Origin: Selaginella moellendorffii
Taxonomy: Eukaryota; Plantae; Lycopodiophyta
Reading direction: 5' to 3'
DNA length: 64,000 bases
NCBI RefSeq assembly: GCF_000143415.4
Contig: NW_003314336.1
Location: 299,296 to 363,295 of the forward strand
Shown here in pieces: positions 39,713 to 52,109 of the stretch (position 1 is the first letter of the stretch; the number at the start of each line of letters is the position of its first letter). The position numbers and the translations under genes are program-made. The notes beneath the pieces were generated by a model. It was not told the origin of the DNA and searched no databases. It worked only from the letters and a program-made list of their open reading frames with translations.

Positions 39713-40867
39713 TCACCCGATGGCCTTGAGCAGCCGCTTGATGATCCCTTTGAGAGCAAGCCCGCTGGGAGAGGGAGAGTCTTCGAAGCACGACTTCCCT
39801 TGCTCGGCCGCCCGGCTCAGCCGTGGATCCAGAGGAACCCGTCCCAAGAACGGGACCCGCATCTGCCTGGCCATCTCCTGCGCTCCACCGCCACTCACGT
39901 AAAACACCTGGGCGCAGGCCAGAGTTGACAGCAGCTCCGGGGCGAGCGTCTCGAGCTTGAGCATCACCTCCCGGGTCACGTCCTCGTCTTCTTGCCCGTC
40001 GTCGCTGCTCTTCCTAAACACGAGATCCCTGACCGGGAGCTGCAAGCCGCTCATGTTCTCCACGACCCCGAGCACCGGGATGCCAACCTTTTTGCAAAAG
40101 CTTATCTCCTTCCTCACGTCGATTATGGACACCTCCTGTGGGGTGGTGACCACGATCGCCCCCGCAACGTTGGCCACCTTGAGGTACTGGGCGATGGAGA
40201 TGTGCTCGTCCGACGTCCCGGGGGGCGCGTCCACGACGAGGAAGTCCAAGTCGGCCCAGTACACGTCCTTGAGGAACTGCTTGATGAGGCCGTTCTTCCT
40301 GGGGCCTCGCCAGATGACGGCTTCGTCGGGGTCCGGGAGCATGAAGCCGATGGACATGACGCCCAGGTTGTCCTCCACGTACACCGGCGACCAGCCCAGG
40401 TTGCTCTGGTGGATCTCCTGGCCCTCCAGTCCCAGCATCTTTGGAATGCTCGGCCCGCATATGTCGATGTCCAGCAGCCCGACTTGCTTGTCCATCCCCG
40501 CCAGGGCGAAGGATAGCTGCGCCGCGAACGTGCTCTTGCCCACGCCGCCTTTGCCCGACAGCACCAGGATTACGTGCTTGACGCTGCTCATGCGCTGGCT
40601 GATCGCAGCAAGGTCTGGAGCAGCTTGTTGTTAGGCCAGTCCTTGATCTATCTATCTATCAATGGATTACCTGGATCGGGGCCCTTGGGGCCGGTGGCGC
40701 ACGCCTGCTGGTTGGGGCATCCAGCACAAGCCGCGGATTTTCCAGCCGCCTCCGATTCAGTGCCCGGGCAGTCTGCGAATCGAAAGCGATGAGCAGAGAT
40801 TGGAGAGCAATCGAAATTACGTACGCTCATTCGCATTGTCGGGAACATCCTCCCCCGCGCCTTCCAT
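39713..40867 (-). CDS. NBP35: Cytosolic Fe-S cluster assembly factor NBP35; introns 40773-40824 and 40615-40670
   Basis: N-terminal [26 protein letters not shown]-loop [19 protein letters not shown] and VVENMSG. Confidence 0.95.
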
Positions 40868-40893
40868 CACCGACTCTTTTTCCTTCTTCCCCT

Positions 40894-40902
40894 AAACCCT
40901 AA
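40894..40902 (+). promoter_or_regulatory. Telo-box AAACCCTAA upstream of NBP35; a similar motif lies near 42825-42838 upstream of DDI1
   Basis: Exact motif within ~35 bp of the start codon. Telo-boxes are common in plant housekeeping gene promoters and 5' UTRs. Confidence 0.5.
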
Positions 40903-40933
40903 AAACAGGAAATGGAAAGCCCAGCTTATGAGA

Positions 40934-42812
40934 CTATCCGCCAAATAAATAACTGGCTGCTTGCTCTTCGTTGCCATTACATAGCCGCAGCGCTTCCAAC
41001 GCCGATGGGCGGTCAAAGCCCAGTGCCATCAACCGCGTCGCTTTGGCTTCCAAATCGGACGATGCCTGAGGAGCCGCCGCTGCTGGAGCCGGAAGCACGC
41101 TTGTGCTTGCTGATGGTTTCACTTCGTCTTGATGGAAATGCCTCGGAATGTCTTTCTCTGCCGTTCAAAAGCAAAGATGAAAGAGAAAAAAGTTACACTC
41201 GTCGCACCGAGGCAATAGAAAACCAACCTTGAAGAAATGGTACTGCAATCTCACCGCCTCCAACTCTAAGCACGTTATCCTTGAGATCAATGGAGCACTG
41301 CATGCGTTGTGAGACTTAACACATTTCCTTTACGAGATTGAACTCTCAACCTGGTGCTTGCGTAGCATGTCAAGGCCAAAGATGAATTCAGGATTAGGCT
41401 GGTCCAAAACTGTGAACGAGCAAGGATAGAAATGATCTCCTATCTGCCATCAGAAAGGGATCTCAACTTCGTTTCTTCATCTGGATCTAGAAAGACTTCG
41501 AACCTTGAGAGGAGCTACATGAATCCTTCCCACGATTTCCGTTTGACCCACGCCCCTGGCAACACCTACATAGCGCTTGTCCAAGAGTCTCAACAGCCTG
41601 TTTGCGAGTTAGAACGCGCCTGTGTAGGCTAGAAATGAATCCATCTCACCCACAGCGTTCTGCACAAGTCCTTGAGATTATGGTCATTTGCGCTCCACTG
41701 TCAATAAAAGCCTGCACACATGTCCCAGTGTTCAGTCCCACGGCCAGGAAATTGGTGTAGTTTACTTTCAGGGGAAAGCCATTCACTTCCATGTCCACGT
41801 AAAGCATTATCTGCAACAAAGGAGTGTGATTAGACAGACTCCAAACCCAAAAGGTAGACCACTTACGACACTGGCAAATGCTTCGGGGTTGTGCTCCACG
41901 GCTGCTTCCCAGTTTTCGTCTATGTTTCTCTAAGGAAAAGAGAAACGAATGAGCTTTCTAGCAGAATTGAAGGTACCTGACGTATACTCTCCTCTATTCT
42001 CTTTTGTGCATCTAAATCGAACGGATCGGCATTCATCAGTGCCTGCACTGACAGCGGGAATGAGAGCCTTCAAAGACACCACGGTATCTTACAATCTCCT
42101 CTTGCTGACGCCGTTGAAGATCCAGCTTCTGTTGGTGGACCTGCCTGAGAAAGCCCTGGAGCGCCGAGACGTTGTTTGAGTGCACCGCGCCCGCTATGTC
42201 TGGGTTTCTCTGCAAGCTGATTTTTTTAGGCCGGGACCACTGGAAGGAGGAGCACACGAACCTCAAACAGGAACTTCATGGCCTGTGGATCCCGCTTCAA
42301 GCGGCTCATGAAGGCCGACGGGTTTACAGCGGAGCCATCGGCATTGAGAGCCATCTCATTGCCTCCTCCCGAGCCGCTGGTGCTGCGAAAGTATAAGAAC
42401 AAAAGTTCCATTCTCTCTCTCTCTCTCTCTGTGATTCAAGCGAAAGAACCTTGTTGGAGGAGGGGCCGCCGCCACAAGCATGAGCAGGTCATTGTCCACG
42501 ATTCCCGCGGCATTGAGCTTGTGAGAGTTGGGGAGCTCCCTGCCGTGGTGCAATAGCTGCTGCTGGTGGAGCGGAATTTGCGTCTGTAGAGCAGAGCGGG
42601 GCATTAGCATCACTCGCTCTTCCTGCGCAGCTGCGCTGGATTGATTTGGATCTAGGTAGAATTACCTCCACTTCCAGTAGCGCCTTGACGTTTTCAACCT
42701 GCCAAAGCCCCGCAAATCAGAAGGGCGGAGCTTGAGATAGTGTTACCAGCTCATCGGCATCGACGTCCAGCGACACGAAGCGCTCGTCCGACGTCATGAC
42801 AGTGATCTTCAT
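40934..42812 (-). CDS. DDI1: DNA damage-inducible protein 1 (UBL, retroviral-like aspartyl protease, UBA), multi-exon
   Basis: [60 protein letters not shown] and C-terminal LGFDR...[20 protein letters not shown]. Confidence 0.95.
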
Positions 42813-43416
42813 TGGATCTCCTAAAGCCCTAACCCTAGATGGCCGGAATATTCGGGTGATATTATTGAGGGAAGGGTGTCCTTAGCACAGGGTGTCCTTG
42901 GGCATTATTGTTAAAAGGAGGCCTGCGCATAGCCCGTGTGAGTGTGTGGAGTTTTTGCCTCGTCGAGTGGATGGATAGCCGCCCACAGCCGCCGCCGCCG
43001 CCGCCGCTGCCCCCGCCACCCATCGGAGGACCCGTTCTCGGTCTCGGCTGGATGTTCCAATCCCCTCCCCCCGACGATAGGCATAGAGATCGCTGCTGGC
43101 CGCACTAGCGCTGCTTGAATCGCACAGGGAAAAGGGGCCAAGATCCAAGCGCCGTCGCCATGGTCGCAGCGGCACAAGCAAGGCGGAGGGTCAGGAGGCG
43201 GCGGCGGAGGAGTCAAGCAACAACAGCTGCGGTTGGAGCAGCAACAAGCAAGCATCTGTGGGCATCTGTGGGCTGTGGGCTGGATTTGTAGGAGAGAGTG
43301 GGATTCTTGATCCATCATCCGTTCCTCCTTTTTCTTCTTGGGCCCCTCTGGATTGGACCGCATTGGATTGATCAGAGTTCATAGGCGGAGGAGTGTTTGA
43401 TGTTCCGAGAGATCCC

Positions 43417-44328
43417 ATGGCAGGCGGCAGCAAGCTGTGGGCGAAGTATAGCCCCGGGTCGGTGATTGGGGCGGGCGAGCACAGCAGCGTCTCCATCCTG
43501 GTGCGCAAGAGCGATGGCAAGCGATTCGCGTGCAAGTCGACGCGCATTGACGCCAGCAGCAAGAGCTGCTCGGTGACCATGAAGCGCGTCCAGGTGGAGG
43601 CCGAGTGCCTGGCCAAGATGAGCAACCACTGCGGCGTCGTCCACTACGAGGAGATGGTGATGGACGCGGACGCCTGGCACCTGATCATGGAGCTGTGCGA
43701 CTGCAGCCTCGCCGACTGGATCCAGCAGCGAGGCAAGATCCCCGAGGCGGAGGCGGCGCTACTGGTGCGCCACCTCGCCGCCACCCTGGACGACCTCCAC
43801 TCGGCGGGGATCATGCACCGCGATGTCAAGCCCGACAACATCTTGCTGGTGAGTGCCAAGAACAGCAGCGGCGGCGGCAGTACGACGAGCTGCGCCGCCG
43901 CGGCCTCCCTGGTCGTCAAGTACGCCGACTTCGGCATCGCCGAGTACAACTGCGTCTCGTCGGCGGCGGCGGCGCGCAAGCAACTCAAGGACAAAGTTGG
44001 CACGCCGCGCTACGTTGCCCCGGAGGTGATGTGCGGGAGCTACTGGCTGCCCGCCGATGTGTGGAGCCTGGGCGTGACGCTCTACCAGATGCTGGCGGGG
44101 GCGTCCAAGGTCTTCTCCGACTACTCCACCCTGGGACTCCTCTCCGACCTCAAGGCCTGCGCCGTCACCGCCGACGCCTGCCTCGACTGGGACGGCATCC
44201 CCGGTGGCGCCAAGGATCTCATCCAAAAGATGATGGACAAGAATCCATACAAGCGGCCCAAGCCCGCCGACATCCTCGCACACCCTTGGGTCGTAGCAAC
44301 CGCCGCGCTCGCATTGCCGTCGCGGTAA
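43417..44328 (+). CDS. Intronless Ser/Thr protein kinase, CAMK group (PEPC-kinase/CDPK-catalytic-domain-like)
   Basis: FACKS, HLIMELC, HRDVKPDN, DFG, VGTPRYVAPE, DVWSLGV and HPW. No regulatory tail. Confidence 0.9.
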   Translation: MAGGSKLWAKYSPGSVIGAGEHSSVSILVRKSDGKRFACKSTRIDASSKSCSVTMKRVQVEAECLAKMSNHCGVVHYEEMVMDADAWHLIMELCDCSLADWIQQRGKIPEAEAALLVRHLAATLDDLHSAGIMHRDVKPDNILLVSAKNSSGGGSTTSCAAAASLVVKYADFGIAEYNCVSSAAAARKQLKDKVGTPRYVAPEVMCGSYWLPADVWSLGVTLYQMLAGASKVFSDYSTLGLLSDLKACAVTADACLDWDGIPGGAKDLIQKMMDKNPYKRPKPADILAHPWVVATAALALPSR

Positions 44329-44727
44329 GCCGCGGTATGCCGCGGTATGCCGCAGGATATCCATTTGCCCTCTCCCGCGGTATCCCGCCCGCCCAGCCAG
44401 CTAGCCAAGCCACGTTCGCTCCCCAACTGGGAGCTCGTGGATCCCCTGTTAGGTAGGTAATCAAACGTCAACAACCAACCCATTCTTTTCTTCCTTTCGT
44501 CCAAAAAATAACTCTTGGTTGACCGACCATTCCGTCCGCCGCTGTTTGTCTCTGTCGAAAGAGGGATGGATGGATGGATGATTTCCGTCCTCTGTAGCAA
44601 TAGCACAAGTGGTGCACGTTTAGCAAGCGCGAAAAGCAAGAAAAGCAAGATGGCAAAGACGTGGGAGATAAGAGCTGACTAAGTGGCCTTGTTTCTGTTT
44701 CCAGGAGGAGAAGATAGCGATGGATCG

Positions 44728-47700
44728 TCAGCCCAGCACCAAGTCCTTGAATCTCCGCAGCGCTTTCAACGCCGTATCGAATTTGTCGTCGCTAACAGCG
44801 ATGACGAAGCGACAATAGTGCTCCAACCCCGTCCACTGGCTGCTGCTCACGCAAACGCCGGTGCTGCACAGCATTGCTTCGCGTATGTTCACGCTGTCCA
44901 GCTTAATCTCTTTCGTCGTTTCCCCGCCGATACTTTTGTACGAAAACGTCCTGCCCTCGTAAGCCGATGGACGAGCAACTAGGGAGATCCCTCCCTGAGG
45001 CTCCAACACCTCCCATCCACACGCAACCAGCGCCTGAAAACAGAAAACGCTTCAACTACGTAAGAGTCAAGGCGATGAAGACCTTTTACCTCTTTCATCT
45101 TCTCAGCCCTCTGCTTGAGGATGAGCTGCTGACTACGAACTCCGTCTGGCAAGTCCCTCGAGGACGATTTGCTGTTCGCCATCGCCAGAAGTTTCTTGAT
45201 CATGTAGTTGGACGTCATGTGTGGTGTTTTCCTCAAGGGAGCGTCTTTAAACGCATCGGAAAAGATGGAGCTGGTAAAAGTCACAAAGCCGTATTCATGC
45301 CCGCCTGACAGCAGTTCCGTAGAGAATCCCCCTAGAAGTGCAACTGCAAACGACTTGTTGCTGCCGCTTGCTCTGCCCACGAAACTCTTCAAGTCCCAGT
45401 CCACCCGGCTGCTATCGTACTCGAGCCCGGAAAACGAAGTGTCTATGATAACCCTTGCGCCAGCTTTCTCGCACACCGAGAGGATTGAGATTATCTCCCC
45501 GCTGGAATAGAGGACGCCTGTGGGGCTCACTGTCGGACCCGAGATGTAGAGCCACGGCCTTGTAAGATCCCTGATCGTCTCTTCCACTGCATGGGCCGTA
45601 AGCTTGAAGCCGTCGCCTTTCTTCGTTTGAATTCTTCTCAGGTCTGCGTCGTAAAACGTGGCAGTCGACAGATACGTCCCGTTGCAGCCCGCAGGAAAGC
45701 ACAGGGTGCCTTTGTCTTCGACGCAGCCCAGTACCAGATTCGAGAACAAGGATAAACAGCTGTCCCCAAGCACTAGTTCCCCACAATAGTCTGGTCCGAG
45801 CAGGCACTTGGCTTTTATAAAATCCAGAATTTCGGGCTTGGGATCGGTTTCTGCTTCGCTCACGTTTTGTCGGCAGAACGCCTCGAAGATTACCGCCTTC
45901 ACCGCCAGGGGCGTGGGAAGAGCGTTCTCATCAATATCCAGGTGAATGGCATTCGCCGCCAATGACCCCGAGCTACATACTTCAGCCTCGACAATAGCTT
46001 TCCTAGTGCAGTCTGCAAAACGGATGAACTTGGAGCTTTCCTCTTGGCGGATTAATCTCTGGAAAACATGTAACATGTAAGGTTTATCCAGCAGTAAGAA
46101 AGGAAACTCTCAAACCTGTGAAGTCGTGTGACGCTCTGGCAGATGAAAACTAAGTAACTCGTGCAGGAGACAACCGTAGTAGAACTGGTTCATTACGGCA
46201 GTCCGGCCGTCCACAAGCTCCCCAGACAAAGCCAGCGCATGGAGAACATCTTTATTCTCGGATATAAGAAAGGCAACTTCCAAGTCAGCATAGACCTGGA
46301 ATGGACAAGTGGTGGTGACTGATTTAGCATCCTCCAAGGACAAAGAAGAAAGAAAAGCCTGTACCTTATTTTTCACCAAGCCACTCATGATGGTAGCGTG
46401 CGACGGAAGCGCGTGAGCGGCCATGTATTGCAGGACACCATTAGTGCCGGGTGCACTAGACAACTCCACGTAATCCGATATGTCCAGGAAAAGCCGCGCA
46501 CCGACCTCGGCACACTCGTGCAGCAACTGTTCAAACGCAGTGGAGGTTCTCATTTCAAAGTCCGCGAGGCTGGTGATGACAATCTGAGGCTTCAAGTGCC
46601 TGAGTAGCTGAATCACCAGATCTGTGCGATGAGGAGCCTCCACCACGGCGATCTCAGACGAGCTGACTTGATCACTTTGGTGGGGTAACACCGTCAGCCA
46701 TTTCTTTGGTAACCATCTCGTGAACATCGCGTCAATCAGAGCAAGCTTTGGTTGATAAAGACGGAGAATGTTTTCGATGAGAACAGACCTTGACGGCTGC
46801 ACAACTACATTCTGCGAACGAGGAAAGACAGAAAATATCAGTAGTGTTCCCAACAGTTGAATCTATCAACTTACAGCGGGGGTCAGAGGTATTCCATGAT
46901 ATATTCGAAAGAAGCCGGCAATTAAGCTGCGAAAATTGGTGCTTCCAACTGGGAGTTCGCAGGGGATATAGGAAAGTCCCTCCAGTGCATTTGCGAGGTA
47001 TGCAAGGAAAGGAATTTTCTCTTCCGCCACTGATTCTTCTGAGAATGATAAGTCTAATGCGCCTCGTAATTCCTGGATCTTGCTATTCAAAAACTTGAAT
47101 ATGGTCTTTATCTGCGAAGGAAACCTTGTTAGTCACAGGAAAGCCTATTTATCACGAGAACTTAACCTCGTTGGGATGGCGTAGTTCACACTTGTATACA
47201 GATAATCCATGAGAGATTTCGCCTCCAGCTCTGGAGTACGCCCATGCTGTGCGCGCACAGATCGGCTCTTCGCTCAACAGCCCCATAAAAAACTCAAAGC
47301 GATGGCGGCTGTTCTTCTCTATCTGAACTAGCGCTAAAATGTCTGTATCGGCTGCCTAAGGTAATAAAGTCAGTGAATCAGAAAGGCGGGAATATCGGCT
47401 GCTTGCCTGTTTGACTCTTGTTTGCCACAGCTTGGCGATCTTAAAGCCTCTCCTCTCGAACAGGCGCTCGCAGACAGCCTGTCCCGGTCGGCCACCGATA
47501 TTGAAAATCATAGCACCATTGGGCTTTATCACGCTAATGCCTTCTTCTGCAGCTCTCGCAATGAGTCCCAGGCCAAACTGATCTTCCACAAACCCCTGCA
47601 TTCACGCGTTGAAGCTTTCAGTACCAGACGCTACGCATCTCGCTCGCTGTAAGCCATACAATAGGCACAGAAGGAAAGAAAACAAAAAACTAGCGCTTAC

Positions 47701-48633
47701 TTGAAGCCCGCAATAGTTGCTGAGGGAATATAAAAAGTCCTCGCTAGCATTCTCCGAGACAAGCTTAAGCATGGCTTCCGGATCGGGATTGAGCACCTGC
47801 AATGCAGGCGAAAGAAAGTGAAGGCAGGGAAACACCAAAACAAGCGAAACCTTACCTGAGGTATGCAGCCGACAACGCGGTCCAGCATGATATTTCGGTC
47901 CCGGCAATAACCCAGCAAATCCGAAACGTAAAACTCGACACGATCCAGTAGCGATTTCCCCTCGCGGTCGATCACCAGTGATCCGTCCTCGCCGCTAAGC
48001 GCGTTTAAGTAGAGGTTGATCCAGGCAACTTTGATCGCTCGAGGATTGATGTCCAAGCCATACACCTAAGAACGACAAAGGCAAAGAATAATTAAGCTCG
48101 CGTGGAGTCCACATAGGAAATATGATGAGCTACCTTTCTCGGTAGCAATTTCTCGGCGATGGCAATGGACACCCAGCCATTGCCGCAGCCCAGCTCTGCC
48201 ACATCGCGGTCATGGAATCCACTGTCCGGGAGGCGATTGATCCCTTCGTAGAAAGTAAACGACCAGTCCTCGGGAATGAAGATGCTCGGCAGCTCAAGAA
48301 GCGTGAGCTTTTGACGGTTCTTGCGAAGACCTGGGGGCGATTGATCAAACAGAGAGCAATTGATCCAATCCGGGCCGCTATACCTTGAGAATCCGAGAGA
48401 ACGAGCTGATGGATCCGGAAATGGAATGTCGCGAAGCAATCCACAGTGGAAAGCTCGGCGTCAACGTAGCGCTCCACGGACGCCAGCAGCTTGCGCGCCC
48501 TGGATCGCGTGGTCTCATTCTGGAGCTCATCCAGCACGCCCTTGAAGACGCCGTAGGTCTTGTCGCCGGATTCCCGGCACTCATCCAGGAAGCGCTTCAC
48601 CTCCGCCATCTCTCCAGCAGCGGCAGCAGCCAT
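44728..48633 (-). CDS. MMT1: Methionine S-methyltransferase, multi-exon
   Basis: LPSIFIPEDWSFTFYEG, AELGCGNGW, YGLDINPRA, QGFVEDQFGLGLIARA and a PLP-aminotransferase-like C-terminal half. Confidence 0.95.
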
Positions 48634-48662
48634 GGCTGGATGGATGAATCGATATCCTCGCC

Positions 48663-48705
48663 TCTCTCTCTCTCTCTCTCTCTCACACACTCACACACAC
48701 ACACA
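48663..48705. repeat. (CT)n/(CA)n microsatellite upstream of MMT
   Basis: Seen directly in sequence. Confidence 0.9.
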
Positions 48706-49899
48706 CTTAATGCTTTAGGGCTTTGCTTTTTCTAACGAGAGTTGAGCCCCGGGCGAATAATGCGGGTCCAAAAGGTATGTCCAGCGTGGCAGAATCCATG
48801 ACACAAGCCCTAATCAGGGCAAGGGGAAAGGATGATGATAGCATCCCGATCGATCGTGAGGTGGTGGATCCCAGGTTCATTTGACAAGGCGGATCCCCGG
48901 TAGCACCAGCGCGTAGCACCTCACGGTAGTACCTGGTGGGCGCGCCCACCTGCGGCGATGTGATGAAGCTCCGAATCGGGCAAGAACACGTACGTGGATC
49001 GGCAATCGTCTGTGGGTGAGTGACTGCCGATGGATTGATCATCAGTTTGCAGCCACCATGGCTAATTGACTTTAGGACTGCCGACAGGGTTTGGGTTTTC
49101 AGGGGAAACGGTACGCGGGGGAGAATGCAGCTCCGCCGCCAAACACGATCCAGCGGAGATGCATCCTCTGCCGCGGAACGCTGCTCCGCCCCCAGGGTTT
49201 GCCCGCGGCCGCCAGTGGAGATGCACCCTGGCGGCGCCACGGAATGCCAGAGTTTGTGGAATGTGCCTCTTCCTCCTCCGCTGAGGGATACGTTCCGGCC
49301 CACCAAAGGCGTCCCCAACCCCCGACAGCCACAAAGGGACGTCAGCTAGTGTTCCCCAGCCAGCAACAGCACCTCCTCGCTTCCTCGCCTTCCCGAAGCT
49401 TGTGCACGACATGATTACCATCTCTATACTGAAGATTGATCCATCGCAGGAGGTGCCAAGAAGACATCCTCTATCACCACTTCGCTTCTGGATGCTGCTC
49501 TAGCACTCACTCTCCCTGTGCAGCGTCGGATTTTATGGAGCACCCTGGTCTCTCGCAGAGAGGCTGCGGGAATGCTGCCTGGCAGATGATGGCCAGCGTT
49601 ATCGTCCGGGGGACTGGCGGCGGCATTGCATTACAGAGCTCATGCGCCGTCAACGACATCATTGCCGGACGGGTTGGTTTCAATTTCCAGCCTTTGAGCG
49701 CGGGAAGGTTGAGGCCTTTTCCTTTCGTCTTGTTTTACCTTTTCGTTCACCAGCGACACTGGAGAGCCCGGAGCACAAGACCTTCACATCCGTGGCGCCA
49801 GCAACGGAAGGTAGTGCCTCTAGATGAGCTTCGATAACGAGCCAGGTCGCGGATTGATCCTGGTATTTGATACTGATGAGCGCGCCTGGGGTCAGATGT

Positions 49900-51065
49900 A
49901 TTTACTTCCCCGTTGCCAGACCTTGTAGATGTCGAAGGCCCTGTCAAGGGCCCTGCACTACCCGCAGTCGGCGACGGGTTTCCGGGGTGCTCGTTCACCG
50001 CAATCAAATTTCACTCAAATCTTCACTCGAGCGCGCAGGGCCTCCAACCCAAAGTGACCATCTTAGTGGGTAGATTTCATGGGCTCGAGTTTGTAGAGGG
50101 TATGCTTTTCAGAGACGAGCACTTTGCGTATCCGTACCACGATATGGACAAGCAGCAGCTCGAGGCACTGCGCGGCTGCCGGGGCAAGCCTTTCTTTGGC
50201 CTGGAGCGTAACTGGTGGACGGAAAACATGCTCTGGTCGATGGGCGACTTCTGGTGTGCATGCGTTACCTCTTGCAGAGCCTGGAGATGGTGGACAGAAT
50301 TATTGCTGGGGACGTCCCTTTGAATGGCCACCCAGCTGTTCCCAGCTCCGTTTTTTGCACTTCACCCCTGACATGGACTGATTGCAGGTGCAAGATTCTA
50401 CCAGAGGTTTAAGAACAAGACAGATTTGAATTGCACGCAGGCTAACACAAGTTTGCCTTTGATGCATGTAGTAGAGGGTGTATGACAATCAGGACTTCCC
50501 TGCCGGCTCAGAGCAATGCAGGATGATTTTCGAGAAGCTCCGAGGTCGGCCTGGTTTTGCACCTAACGACAACGATCGGGAGGAGCTGACACGGGAGTGG
50601 GCTGCTGAGACCATCTCTGTTCTGGCTAAGGATTCTTGGCTCCCGGACCAGATCCTTGCTCACAAGCTCGTCTTCCTGGGACAAACTGCGCCATGTTGTG
50701 GCTGGGATGTCTTCAGTAGTTTGGTGACGAGATTGGGCACTGCAGCAGTATTTGAAAGAGGCGACTTCGAAAGATGGCAGGCGGATGTTCCTGGTGGCAG
50801 AAACTGTTGCAGGCCTGCATTGGGAAACCACGCCCCCGAAGCCGGCACACCGAGTTCGTGGTTGCGGACCCTAGAGGATGGGTTCAGCATGTCGCTATGG
50901 CAATTATTGGCAACCCCAGATCATGAACGATGTGCTTGCTTGCAAGGTTCCGCTGGATGAGTGATGCCTCACGGAGATCCCTACCCTGTTCTGCAAGGAC
51001 TAGGGACGCTTGGAGAGGCACGTTTTTGCGGAGAGTGGCTAAAGTCGTATGGGAGGCCATGGTAT
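49900..51065 (+). pseudogene. Possible degenerate coding region of an unrecognised family
   Basis: GC-rich, protein-like ORF pieces (FHGLEFVEGMLFRDEHFAYPY...; YDNQDFPAGSEQCRMIFEKL...) with apparent frameshifts. No family recognised. Confidence 0.35.
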
Positions 51066-52109
51066 AGTCGTGATCTGGTTGCATGTCCCACCTAAGCCTA
51101 GACTGGGAGCATGGAATTAGATTGCTCCTTTCAATTTGAAATTTTGGGATATGTTTTGAAAATAAATGACTTTCCAAACTTAACCATATGGAATGGTTAT
51201 GATAATAACGATTTAAATCCCAACTATGATCGATTTTCTTTCAATTTAAAAAAAGTAAAGATTTAATCAGGCTTTTAACCTACTTCTTTTTTCAGTATAT
51301 ATTGTGATGAATGGAGTTATAGAATTCAACAGTTATGATTGTTCATAAAGCTACCAAAAAGCTATCACACTCAAAAATATACTAATGGAGGCAAGAAACT
51401 TATTGTTAGCAATAGACTTGGAGGCATCACAATAAACTTCATAAATGTTTGCATTGCTCAATATTGTAGTAAAACAAGAAACACAGAAAATGATATTTAA
51501 TTGTTGACACATTTTAGCACTAATGTATTTTTTTTATAATCCAGGAAGAAAATAGTGGACAAAGGAGATACATATAACATAACAATATCACTATAACAAT
51601 ATGTGATATTGCCTTGACATCCACAAATAAAACAATCTATTAGAAAAACAAAATATTATATAGCACTTATATTTATAGGAGAGGCAATGTTTAAAAGCAT
51701 TGTCCAATATTATCTAAGCAAAAAAGGAATACAAATATGTTACATGCTAAATGTTATTTTAATTTTGTCTTTGAGAAGAGCACCTAAGGGAAATAAACTA
51801 TGTCCATACGATGGCATAATGAATCTAAGGAAAGTAGTTTCTATAAAAGATCTATGGGAGGGTCACTAAATTGGGATATAAATAAAGCCCATAGCAAAAA
51901 ATGATAAAAAGACATATTAGGGGTAAACACCTTTTGGACTTGGCAAGCAAAGCCTTACTATAAAACCGAAAAGATACCTCGAAAATGGAGCTAGCAATCC
52001 TATATTGTTGGGTGCAACTATCAAAGGATAGGAGCAAAAAACTAATGGCTAACAAAAAAGCCATGGGAACCATAAAAAAGAATCTAAAAGGCACAGTTAG
52101 GACAAGAAC

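Noticed and set aside
41660-41800. Retroviral protease-like DSGAQ motif as a transposon
   Set aside because: It is the native aspartyl protease domain of host DDI1.
39957-44648. Long antisense or alternate-frame ORFs over NBP35 and the kinase
   Set aside because: Shadow ORFs caused by high third-position GC.
38555-48633. Functional gene cluster (Mpv17, NBP35, DDI1, kinase, MMT)
   Set aside because: Unrelated housekeeping functions; the proximity is explained by genome compactness.
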